DNA of 64,000 nucleotides, from positions 20,994 to 84,993 of IMG/VR virus record IMGVR_UViG_3300027736_000035; one strand, written 5' to 3'. The notes under the pieces are model-generated. The model did not search any database and was not told the DNA's origin. It saw only the letters and a list, made by a program, of their open reading frames with translations. The stretch is from a virus. The first letter of the stretch is position 1; each line of letters opens with the position of its first letter. A program made the translations under genes and the position numbers. Shown here piece after piece: positions 1 through 10,000 of the stretch.

Positions 1-741
1 AAAGCTGGCGGCAGTGCAAATGGTGCTGCAAGCGGAAGTGATACAAATATACTGGCACCACTGGCAACCACCAACGGAGTGGTATTTCCCTACACACCAT
101 CAGTGACCACCAGCTATCAAGCCAAATACAACACCTATGATTTAGTGCATTCAAACTATCGTGGAGTTTTTTATCAAGGCAGCGGTGTGAGTGAAATCAG
201 TGTGCGAGGAGTGTTCACTGCACAAAACACATTTGAAGCAGGCTACTTGTTGGCAGTGATACATTTTTTCCGATCAGTTACCAAGATGTTCTACGGCCAA
301 GACGAACAACGCGGAGCACCACCACCGCTGGTGTATCTCACAGGACTAGGCGACTATCAATTCAACGCACATCCTGCTGTGGTCACAAATTTTGAATACA
401 GCTTGCCCAGCGATGTAGACTACATACGAGCTAATAGCTTCAATAACTTTGGTACAGATCTAGCCAATCGACGAAACGGAGCATTTACTCCTTCCAACCC
501 ATTGAGTGCTATTGCCACTAGATTGGACCTGTCAGGATTGTTCCCCAATGCTGTGGCATCTAAACCAGACTATGGCCCTATTACCAATTCAGTGACCAAC
601 ACAGCCAAAGCCACATACGTTCCTACCAAAATAGATATCAGTGTGTCCTTGTTGCCGGTGCAAACAAGAGATCAGGTCAGCAAACAGTTTAGTCTTAAAA
701 AATTTGCCACCGGCAGCCTGTTACGTGGAGGATTCTGGTAA
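1..741 (+). CDS. Baseplate/tail-tube initiator-like protein (5' partial)
   Basis: Frame is open from base 1 (KAGGSANG...VVFPYTP). FPYTP...VHSNY and GAPPPLVYL...VVTNFEYSLPSDVDYI resemble contractile-tail tube-initiator proteins. It lies directly upstream of a gp53/LysM-like gene. Confidence 0.6.
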   Translation, partial: KAGGSANGAASGSDTNILAPLATTNGVVFPYTPSVTTSYQAKYNTYDLVHSNYRGVFYQGSGVSEISVRGVFTAQNTFEAGYLLAVIHFFRSVTKMFYGQDEQRGAPPPLVYLTGLGDYQFNAHPAVVTNFEYSLPSDVDYIRANSFNNFGTDLANRRNGAFTPSNPLSAIATRLDLSGLFPNAVASKPDYGPITNSVTNTAKATYVPTKIDISVSLLPVQTRDQVSKQFSLKKFATGSLLRGGFW

Positions 742-1040
742 TGGCCACTTATGACGCAACCAGTCCCTATTACAACACGCCCTATGCCCAGTTCTATCTG
801 GACAAAATGGTCAACAGACCCATACCAGCAGGCAATGACGATTTGACTTTTACTATCAATCTTACCTATCAGTATCGTCCTGACCTATTGGCCTATGACT
901 TGTACGGCAATGCTGGACTGTGGTGGGTATTTTATCAGCGCAATCCAAACACACTGACAAAACCCCCATTTGACTTCGCAGCCAACACTTTTATATATTT
1001 GCCAAACGGTAACACATTGAAATCAGCGTTGGGGTACTAA
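741..1040 (+). CDS. Baseplate wedge protein, T4 gp53/LysM-like
   Basis: YQYRPDLLAYDLYGNAGLWWVF motif typical of gp53/LysM-like wedge proteins. TAATG coupling with the previous gene. Confidence 0.75.
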   Translation: MATYDATSPYYNTPYAQFYLDKMVNRPIPAGNDDLTFTINLTYQYRPDLLAYDLYGNAGLWWVFYQRNPNTLTKPPFDFAANTFIYLPNGNTLKSALGY

Positions 1041-1043
1041 AAC

Positions 1044-3506
1044 ATGGCTGACAATCTAGCACCTGCTGACGCTGCACAAAAACAATCGTTTACTGACTCC
1101 ACGTTGTCTCAAGCACTGATTGAGCCGCAACCCAATGTGCTGGATAAATTTGCCAGCTACACATATCAAGCATCGGTATATCTCATGACTACAGATCAAT
1201 ATCGAAATTTGTTAAGCAGCGCCAACAAAACTATTCCTGACAGTCAATTGCTGTTTCAAAGCGGCGGCAAAACTGTTGGTAACAAATTTTTTGACAATGA
1301 CTTTTACATAGACAATATCACACTAGAAACTGCATTGGCCGGAAAACAGACTCAAGGAGCTCACATGGTCACTGATTTAAAATTCACTGTGACTGAGCCA
1401 ATGGGAATAACCTTGTTAGATCGACTGGCCAATGCAGTGGCAGATTCAATGCCGCTGGATACTGCAGGAAAAGTAAATTTCAGTGCAGTACAATATCTGA
1501 TGGCCATACGGTTTTTTGGATATGATCAACATGGCAATTTATCAGCGCCAGGGATACCTGCAGCAGTTGGAAGAACTGCCAACCCCAAAGCAGTGGTTAT
1601 AAAATATATTCCTTTCTGTATAAAATTTATCAAGTGGACTGTGGGTACCAAATTGGTCAGTTATGAAATTGAAGGAGCGCCAGTGGGTCAAATCACCGCC
1701 GGCAGCACTGCTCGTGGTACTGTGCCATTTGATATAGAACTCAGTGCAAAAAGTGTAGGAGAAATTTTGTCTGGGTCTGCTACCTATGCTGCACCCAAAG
1801 TTGATGATAAAGATAACAGATCTGCACGACAAGGAACTGCGGCCACCGGTGCAGCGGCACCAACTAGAACTGGTGGAGCAGCCAATGGAGGCAGTCCATC
1901 AGCACCACCAAATGCAGGAGCAGTACCTACTCCCAAAGCCAAAACAATTACATCAGGGTTGATGGATGCAATGAACAAGTTTCAACAAGAACTAGTTCAG
2001 AGAAAGGTTTACAACATTGCTGATGAATACGAACTTGTGTTTGTGGATGCGGATGAAATAAAACAAGCACAATTGCAAGGACCACAAAAAGAGGTTGATA
2101 AAAAAACTGGATCCATGGCTCCGAGTGCTAGTGCTGATCCAAAAAGTTTAGATTCCAGCAAAATACCAGCCAACACCACTCAACGAAACAAGCCTATTCC
2201 GGCTGGTCAATCAATCACACAAGTGATTGACCTTATTATTAGAAATAGTTCTTACATAACCAAACAAGAAAGAGTAATCAACAATCCAGATGGATCCGCA
2301 GAGGATGGATCTTCAGCAGTTCAAAAACCCATGTCATGGTTTTTGATCACATATTCGGCCACCCCCATCGGCGACAAAATTGATTCCCAACGCAACGATT
2401 TTGCTTACAAAATAAAATACACCATAACAAAATATGCAGTACCAAATTTTGATAGCAAGTATTTTCCAATTACTACTTTTCCCGGGCTGCACAAACAATA
2501 CAACTATTGGTTTACTGGGCAAAACACATCAGTATTGGATTATTCAGCAACTTATGATGCACTATACAACCTCACAGTGAATGGCAGCAAAGTTGGCGAC
2601 TCAGCATACGAACAACGCAAGAAATTACTGACCAGCAGCACCAATGACCTGCCCAAGTACTCTTACAATCCGCGAAGCACCCAAGCTGTTGGCTATGGCG
2701 ACGGCAAAAGCAACGAGGGCAGCGCCAATGCTGCTGAATATCTTTATAGTCCGGATACATTGAGCAGTTCCAGGCTGCGAATTGTTGGTGATCCTGCTTG
2801 GATACAACAAGGCAGTTTGTTCAAACCCATTGATGTTGAAACCTACAAAGCCGAAGCCAAGCTGGGGTTTTTGCCCGACGGTACTATTTCGTTTGACAGT
2901 GCTCAAGTGCTGTACGAAATTGCCTGGCAACGTCCTGAAGATTATGATCTCAAAAGTGGGCTGGCAGATCCTTATGCCAAAACTAAACTGAAATATGGCG
3001 AACGTTTGCCATTGCAAAGCAACATTTACAATGCTATGAAAGTCACGAGTGAATTCCGCGGTGGGCAATTTGAACAAACACTAGAAGGCACATTGTATTT
3101 TTACAACAAGCCCAAAGCAACAACTACCTCTGCTGCTGCCAATGCTGCCGATACTACCGACGGCAGCGACAGCAGATTTGCACGACAAGGAACTCCGGCA
3201 TTGACATCAGCTGCACAAGGTCAAACAGGCACAACGTTGGCACCCATCGGAGATCTTGCAAATCAAGCAGGAATCAGAGATCCACAACAGCTGAGTCAGC
3301 TGGCACAACAAGTGCCTAACATTGTACCATCACAACCAGCAAGCAACCCAACCAGCAGCGGACAACCGGTGGGAACTGCTGCCACTGATGGACAAACAGG
3401 ACCAAACAGCTCGCCGCCGGTGGCGGCCCCTGGGAGAACAACATTGGATTCTTTACAATCAAATCCAACCAACACTCCACCTTATTTGACAACTAGAGAC
3501 ACATAA
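1044..3506 (+). CDS. Putative baseplate hub protein with disordered linkers
   Basis: 820-aa ORF between the gp53-like and gp5-like genes. LRIVGDPAWI and VTSEFRGGQFEQTL motifs resemble phage hub proteins. Confidence 0.55.
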   Translation: MADNLAPADAAQKQSFTDSTLSQALIEPQPNVLDKFASYTYQASVYLMTTDQYRNLLSSANKTIPDSQLLFQSGGKTVGNKFFDNDFYIDNITLETALAGKQTQGAHMVTDLKFTVTEPMGITLLDRLANAVADSMPLDTAGKVNFSAVQYLMAIRFFGYDQHGNLSAPGIPAAVGRTANPKAVVIKYIPFCIKFIKWTVGTKLVSYEIEGAPVGQITAGSTARGTVPFDIELSAKSVGEILSGSATYAAPKVDDKDNRSARQGTAATGAAAPTRTGGAANGGSPSAPPNAGAVPTPKAKTITSGLMDAMNKFQQELVQRKVYNIADEYELVFVDADEIKQAQLQGPQKEVDKKTGSMAPSASADPKSLDSSKIPANTTQRNKPIPAGQSITQVIDLIIRNSSYITKQERVINNPDGSAEDGSSAVQKPMSWFLITYSATPIGDKIDSQRNDFAYKIKYTITKYAVPNFDSKYFPITTFPGLHKQYNYWFTGQNTSVLDYSATYDALYNLTVNGSKVGDSAYEQRKKLLTSSTNDLPKYSYNPRSTQAVGYGDGKSNEGSANAAEYLYSPDTLSSSRLRIVGDPAWIQQGSLFKPIDVETYKAEAKLGFLPDGTISFDSAQVLYEIAWQRPEDYDLKSGLADPYAKTKLKYGERLPLQSNIYNAMKVTSEFRGGQFEQTLEGTLYFYNKPKATTTSAAANAADTTDGSDSRFARQGTPALTSAAQGQTGTTLAPIGDLANQAGIRDPQQLSQLAQQVPNIVPSQPASNPTSSGQPVGTAATDGQTGPNSSPPVAAPGRTTLDSLQSNPTNTPPYLTTRDT

Positions 3507-5026
3507 TGGCACAAAACAACGCACGCAGCAGGGGAAAACCACGCAATTATAAATTTGATCGCGGCGGTATGCCTGCAGAATTTGGTCCGTTTACCGGTAT
3601 AGTAAAATCCTCAGCAGACCCCACACGGTCGGGACGATTGAAAGTTTACATTGAAGCATTTAGTGATGGTGGACAATCAGGGGAAGATGATCCCAACAAG
3701 TGGACCACGGTCAGTTACATGCAACAATTTGGTGGATCTACTCCGCCGCAGCCTGCTGGCGGCACCACCAGTGCCATTGGCAATTATCCTGGTAATGAAA
3801 ACAGTTATGGCATGTGGTTTACTCCGCCCGATGTGGGTATCACTGTGCTGTGTGTGTTTGTTGATGGTCAGCGAGATCAAGGTTACTACATTGGAACTGT
3901 TCCTGAACAGGGCTTAGGCAGCATGTTGCCAGCCATTGGCGCCACTAGCAATTATTCTATTGACAAAACAAATGTTAATCAACAAAAATATTTTGCCAAA
4001 TCACCAATACTTCCAGTGACAGAAATCAATGTCAACAATAATGAAATTTTTAACAGTCCTACATTTTTCTCACAACGCAAACCAGTACATAGCTATGTGG
4101 CAGGAATCATGTTTCAACAAGGACTTATTGATGACACCCAACGTGGTCCCATAAACAGTACTAGCCAACGAGAAACTCCAAGCAGTGTGTTTGGTATAAG
4201 CACCCCAGGATCTCCTATCTATCAAGGCGGCATGAAGCCCAATGACATTCGTAAAAAAATCAATGATGGAAGTATCAAACCGGGACAGGCGCAGGTGATA
4301 GGGCGTGTGGGCGGCCACACGCTGGTCATGGATGATGGAGATCTTGAAGATAAAAATGCCTTGTTCCGTCTTAGAAGCAGCAAAGGTCATCAGATTACCA
4401 TGAGCGACAGCGGCAACTTTTTTTACATCACTCATGCCAATGGACAAACGTGGCTGGAATTTGGATCTGAAGGTACTGTGGATGTGTACTCCACCAACTC
4501 TATCAACATGCGTACAGCAGGAGATATAAATTTCCATGCCGACAGAGACATCAACATGTTTGCTGGTAGAAATGTACAGATCAAAAGCACCAAACGCATG
4601 CAGTTGGAAAGCATGGAAACCATGATTCTAGACGCTCAAAAAGACATAACAGTGTACAGCAAAAATACCATTGGCGTAAAAGCAGATGGTGCATTGACCA
4701 TCAACAGTGCATCTGGCAGCTGGGGCAGCGGCAGCGAATTAATAGTCAAAGCAACTCAGATTGAACTCAATGGACCAGCAGCCGGAAGTGTTTCTACACC
4801 CAACCCCATAACCAAAACACTGTTTGATGAAGTGAAATTCAACACCAGCGCAGGTTGGGAAATCAAAACTGACGGATTGACCAGTATCTGTAGTCGCACA
4901 ACCACTCACGAACCGTATCCCTATCACAACAAAGGTGTAGATGTACCGGTGGCATTTGAAAGTGGCTATGCAGTACCGCCAGGCGCTCCGGATGTACCTC
5001 CGGGTGTGGCAATCACGGCAAATTGA
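3506..5026 (+). CDS. Baseplate central spike, gp5/VgrG-like (OB fold + beta-helix)
   Basis: DPTRSGRLKVYI and GMWFTPPDVGITVLCVFVDG..YYIG match the gp5 N-terminal OB domain. This is followed by GHTLVMDD/GHQITMSD and beta-helix repeats. Confidence 0.8.
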   Translation: MAQNNARSRGKPRNYKFDRGGMPAEFGPFTGIVKSSADPTRSGRLKVYIEAFSDGGQSGEDDPNKWTTVSYMQQFGGSTPPQPAGGTTSAIGNYPGNENSYGMWFTPPDVGITVLCVFVDGQRDQGYYIGTVPEQGLGSMLPAIGATSNYSIDKTNVNQQKYFAKSPILPVTEINVNNNEIFNSPTFFSQRKPVHSYVAGIMFQQGLIDDTQRGPINSTSQRETPSSVFGISTPGSPIYQGGMKPNDIRKKINDGSIKPGQAQVIGRVGGHTLVMDDGDLEDKNALFRLRSSKGHQITMSDSGNFFYITHANGQTWLEFGSEGTVDVYSTNSINMRTAGDINFHADRDINMFAGRNVQIKSTKRMQLESMETMILDAQKDITVYSKNTIGVKADGALTINSASGSWGSGSELIVKATQIELNGPAAGSVSTPNPITKTLFDEVKFNTSAGWEIKTDGLTSICSRTTTHEPYPYHNKGVDVPVAFESGYAVPPGAPDVPPGVAITAN

Positions 5027-5027
5027 T

Positions 5028-6599
5028 ATGGCAGCATTTACATTTTCATTGCCAACTGGAAAGTCATTCAAAGTTGACGGTCCTCCAGGATTCAGTGCTG
5101 ATCAAGCCAAAGCAATATTTGATCAACAATCCAGTGCAGGTTCACTGATTGGACTCAAACCTGGCGCCAGTTTGAGTGCAGCCACTCAGGCAGTCAGTGG
5201 ACTGCCCTCTGCACAAGGCGCAGTAAATCAAGCACTAAGCGGAATAACTGGCGCATTAGGAGCAGGAGTCCCAGGCGCTACTGGCATCTTGGGAAGTGTG
5301 TCAAAGAACCTAGCAACAGCTGGCGGAGCATTGGGCGGCAGTCTAGCCCCAGGCATATCGGGGTTGACAGGAGCAATAGGTCCAGCAGTTACCAACTCAT
5401 CGGGTGTAATAGCAAATAGATTATTAAATTCAGCACTATCAGCAGGCAGTGTGGGATCGGTGGCTACCACAGTCATTGGCACTATCAATAGAACCATTGG
5501 GTCTACCGCAGTAACATCTCCAATTAACACAGCCAATTTTGTCAAGCAGATTCCTGCATTGGGTCCCATTGGCAGCATGAGCGCCAGTGATGTCAGCGGG
5601 GTGCTGGCACAGTCTAAAAACATAGTAAATCAAGGTGCCGGAGTTCTCAGCAACACAACTGGTGCAGGATCATTTGGGTTGAATGTTTCCCAACTGGAAA
5701 CTGCAGGAATTCTAAAACCAGGCACCGCAGCATTGGCTGCTGCTTCAGGGGCTTCATTATCATCAGTACTCAAAAGCCCAGCAGTGTTTACCGGAGCCAA
5801 TGGCATCAAAAGCATAGATTCACTGTTGTCTAATCCTGCATTGCAATCTGGGGTACAACAAGATCTCATGGCCAAAGGCACCGCAGCATTGGGTGCAGCT
5901 GGCATTCCGGTGGCAAGCCTGAGCGCACAAGGTCTAGCAGGTGTGTCGTTAAGTGCGGCCAAAAGTGTGCCTGATACCGAAGCACTACTTAAAGGATTAC
6001 CATCATCAGCAGATGCCAAAGCAAAATTTAATACCCTGGTCAAAGACGGTTCTTTTGCTGTGAACCTTGCACAAAGCAAAGTGGAGCCGGTATTCAAAGC
6101 AGAAACTACTCCAGTTGCAGCGTCAGACACAGTGGATCGCAGTACCCTAACCGGTGCTACCAATCGAGTATTGGGCAATGACAAGATTCCTGCACCTGAT
6201 TTTGCTACTGCAACACCCGATGTTGGCACTATATCACAAACAATACAATCAGGATTCACTGACTATGATTCTGCTGTTCAAAGCATAATACCAACGTGGA
6301 ACACCATCAATGAAAAATTAAAAACATTAGAGAATCAACAAGTTATATCTCAACAAGAGTGGATGTCTATTGCTGGCCAACAGCAAGCAGCAAATCAATC
6401 TTACCTGGATATTTTATCAAAATACTATGTGCCTGCATCAGCTGTTTATGATAGTGCTCCTGCTGAAATACAAAAAGAATTTAAACCACTAAAAGACAAA
6501 ATATTTGAGTCTACCGGTGAATTAACAGACCTGGCATTTCCAATTATCAAACGTATCAAACAGTTGGCCAGCAAAATTTCCACCAACGTAAGTGCCTAA
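5028..6599 (+). CDS. Gly/Ala/Ser-rich virion (baseplate-associated) protein
   Basis: The likely start is ATG 5028, just after the spike stop. The gene sits between gp5 and gp25. Its middle region may be a degenerate lysozyme-like fold. Confidence 0.55.
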   Translation: MAAFTFSLPTGKSFKVDGPPGFSADQAKAIFDQQSSAGSLIGLKPGASLSAATQAVSGLPSAQGAVNQALSGITGALGAGVPGATGILGSVSKNLATAGGALGGSLAPGISGLTGAIGPAVTNSSGVIANRLLNSALSAGSVGSVATTVIGTINRTIGSTAVTSPINTANFVKQIPALGPIGSMSASDVSGVLAQSKNIVNQGAGVLSNTTGAGSFGLNVSQLETAGILKPGTAALAAASGASLSSVLKSPAVFTGANGIKSIDSLLSNPALQSGVQQDLMAKGTAALGAAGIPVASLSAQGLAGVSLSAAKSVPDTEALLKGLPSSADAKAKFNTLVKDGSFAVNLAQSKVEPVFKAETTPVAASDTVDRSTLTGATNRVLGNDKIPAPDFATATPDVGTISQTIQSGFTDYDSAVQSIIPTWNTINEKLKTLENQQVISQQEWMSIAGQQQAANQSYLDILSKYYVPASAVYDSAPAEIQKEFKPLKDKIFESTGELTDLAFPIIKRIKQLASKISTNVSA

Positions 6600-6609
6600 T
6601 TTTTCTCGG

Positions 6610-6615
6610 TAAATA
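6610..6615 (+). promoter_or_regulatory. T4-type late promoter-like motif (GGTAAATA)
   Basis: TAAATA in the short intergenic gap, 4 nt before the gp25 ATG. Confidence 0.5.
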
Positions 6616-6619
6616 CAGC

Positions 6620-6997
6620 ATGGCTCAAACATTCATAGGTTTCAACACTATCAATCAAGTTAAAAAATTTACCTTGACTGATTTTCCACTGATCAAACAA
6701 GATCTTCTGAATGCTTTCAATATCCGGCAAGGTGAATTGCCGGGCAGACCCGAATATGGCACCATATTGTGGAACTTCTTGTTTGAACCCCAACTTGAAG
6801 AATTGCAAAACAGCATGGTTGCAGAAATACAACGTGTGGCTGGAGGAGATCCTAGAGTTTATATTTCTGATATACAAATTTTTCCGCAAAACAACGGTAT
6901 ACTGATACAGTTGGAATTGACAATTACTCCATCAACCGACGCCCAACGACTGGCAATATTTTTTGATATTACATCCAGACGAGCCAGTTATATTTAG
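6620..6997 (+). CDS. Baseplate wedge protein gp25-like
   Basis: IKQDLLNAFNIRQGELPGRPEYGTILWNFLFEP...DPRV is the GPW/gp25 signature. Confidence 0.85.
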   Translation: MAQTFIGFNTINQVKKFTLTDFPLIKQDLLNAFNIRQGELPGRPEYGTILWNFLFEPQLEELQNSMVAEIQRVAGGDPRVYISDIQIFPQNNGILIQLELTITPSTDAQRLAIFFDITSRRASYI

Positions 6998-7024
6998 GTA
7001 TAAACTACGCAGTTTTTTGTGTCC

Positions 7025-7031
7025 ATAAATA
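7025..7031 (+). promoter_or_regulatory. Late promoter-like motif (ATAAATA)
   Basis: Intergenic ATAAATA upstream of gp6; close to the T4 late consensus TATAAATA. Confidence 0.55.
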
Positions 7032-7059
7032 AACGATAAGGCACAAAAGGTCAAAATCA

Positions 7060-10000
7060 ATGGCAACAACCACTAGACAAACAGCAATATTCGGAGTTGA
7101 AGACTGGAAACAAATTTACCAGACTTACCGTGAAGCTGATTTTCAAAGCTACGACTTTGAAACTCTACGCAAAAGTTTTGTTGACTATCTACGCCTGTAC
7201 TATCCTGAAACATTCAACGACTACATTGAAAGCAGTGAATTTATTGCTTTACTAGATGTAATGGCATTCATGGGACAAGCACTGGCATTCCGTACAGATC
7301 TCAACACAAGAGAAAACTATATGGACACAGCTGAGCGCAGAGACTCAGTGGTTCAACTGGCAAATTTGGTCAGCTACACAGCCAAACGCAACACAGAATC
7401 ACAGGGTCTACTCAAAGTGTTTTCAGTTGTGACCACAGAAAATGTCACTGACTACAATGGTGTAAATCTCAGCAACGTCACAGTGGACTGGGCAGATCCT
7501 ACCAATCCTGCCTGGCAAGAACAATTCACGGCCATCATCAATGCCAGCTTGGTAGATTCACAACGCATTGGTCGCCCAGGCAATCGTCAGACCATCTTGG
7601 GTGTGCGTACAGATGAATATGGCATTAACTTGGTTCCAGGTTACTTGCCAGTAATCCCGTACAATGCTACAGTAGATGGCATCTCCATGCCATTTGAAGC
7701 AATGTCCAGTACTTCAATGGGTGAAAATTATCTTTATGAACCCAGTCCTAGAGTAAATCAAACATTTAATATATTGTTCCGCAATGATCAACTGGGATTC
7801 AACAGCAACAACACTGGATATTTTTTCATGTTCAAACAAGGTGTATTGCAGAATCAAGATTTTAATTTACCCGAGCGTATTGCCAACCGCACTGTGAATA
7901 TCAACATCGAAGGGGTCAATCAAGAAGACCGTTGGTTGTTCCAGCTTGACACAGTGGGCACAGTCAACAGAGAATGGCAATTCACAGAAAATGTATACTC
8001 GGCAGCAGCTGAACAAATTGGTACCAGTCTACGCCCTATATTTTCTGTGACCAGCAGAGCAAATGATCAAATAACCCTGGTGTTTGGAGACGGAGTGTTC
8101 AGCGAAATCCCAGTGGGAACTTTTCGTTGCTATGTTCGTGCATCCAATGGATTACAATACATCATCAATCCTGAAGAAATGCAAGCAGTCAGCCTGCCCA
8201 TCAGTTACATCAGTCGCACCGGGAATCTTGAAACCATAACATTCACATGTGGTATTACACAACCTGTGAGCAACAGTCAAACCCGCGAATCAATTGCAGA
8301 AATCAAACAACGTGCTCCAGCACAATATTACACACAAAACAGAATGGTCAATGGAGAAGACTACAATCTATTTCCATACACTCAGTACAACTCTATTCTC
8401 AAAAGCAAAGCCCTAAACCGTGCCAGCATTGGAACCAGTCGTTATCTTGACCTAGTGGACAACACTGGCAAATACAGCAGCACCAACACATTTGGCAGCG
8501 ACGGCGGCCTGTGGGAACAGAACATATTGCCTACAATATTGTTTACCTGGAATACCAGGAATGAAATTGCAGATGTCATAACAAATCAAGTTCAGCCGCA
8601 ATTGCTTGCGCCTATTGTGAAACAATTTTACTATGCAAATTTTCCAAGACAGTCAGTCAACACTGGTGCCACAGCAGCAAGCACCTGGCAACAAAGCACT
8701 ACACTGGCCAACCAGACCACAGGCTTCTTTCGCAATAGCACTGTGACCAGCGCCTGGCCCAGCGGCACTCCTATACCAGTGGGCAACGTTGTAGGCATTA
8801 CCAATCCTTTTTACTTTGTCACACCGGGTGCGTTGATCAAATTTGTTTCGCCCACTGGATACTACTTTGACCGCAACAATCGACTGGTGCAAGGATCTCC
8901 TTCGCGGTCGGATGAAAAACTAGAAATCTGGGCCAGTCCACTACAAGTGATTGGTGACGGGTACAGTGGTGGTCTGGGCAATTTGCCGTCAGGCGCAGGC
9001 CCTGTATCATTGAACAACTTTGTTCCCACAGGTGCTATTGTTGACACAATTATTCCGTTGTTTGTGACTGATTTGCCGCTGGATCTAGAAGCGGCCATCA
9101 GCGAGCAAATTGTTTTGTATCGAAATTTTGGACTGGGCTACGACAATGACGGCTCAGTAACAGGAACACCATATGCCTGGTACTTGATTACCAGCACCAA
9201 TTTGGACCAAAATTCTGCATGGAGCCAGACTGTTCCAGGTATTGCCGGCAACAAAGACGGAGTGAACTCAGACGCCAGTTGGCTAATACAATTTGTCACA
9301 GTGAATCAAAGCTACACTATCACATTCCGTGGGCTGCAATACAATTTTGGATCTGTGCTGCAAACAAGATTTTTCTTCTATGAAGGACAGCAAATTTACG
9401 ACAGCCGCACAGGCACGGTGATCAAAGACTACATCAACATGCTGGCAGTCAACACTCAGCCAGATTCTACTGATCATTTGCCCGGCGACGTTCCTGTCAC
9501 CATCATTGGACAACCTGTGGAAAGTGACGGGTATGTTGATGATTTCCAAGTGTTGGTCAGCTACAGAGATGCCGACAGTGACGGCATTCCAGACAATCCA
9601 GATTTTTTTACAGAAATTGTAGCACCCACGGTCAACGCCAACCAGAAATTTGTATTCCTACAACAAACTGTGGACTTTGATAATTTACAACGTTATCTAT
9701 TGGTAGAACAAGGTCGTGTGAATTCTGACTATGCAACCATAGACGACATTGAATTGGTCAAGAGCGAATGGAGTCCGGGCCAAGTATTTTATGCATACGA
9801 TCAAGCGGCATTTTATGAACTCAGCGTATCAGTGACCGGAGTACGTACTTTAGTATCTGTTTCTGGATGGATAGCTCGAGTTGGTCGACAAAGTTTGTAT
9901 TATCAATATCGACACAACTCCCCATTGACCAACAGAATAGATCCCGGAACTACCAACATCATTGATCTTTATGTGGTACCACAGTCCTACTATACTGCCT

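Noticed and set aside
4941-5027. Upstream extensions given by the ORF track (also 29365, 32426, 34709, 50939, 57966, 61227, 62811)
   Set aside because: They overlap neighbouring genes or promoters. Downstream ATGs with coupling or an RBS are more plausible starts.
5228-6259. Antisense ORFs of 131 and 209 aa
   Set aside because: Mirror of the Gly/Ala-rich plus-strand gene within a coherent plus-strand baseplate operon.
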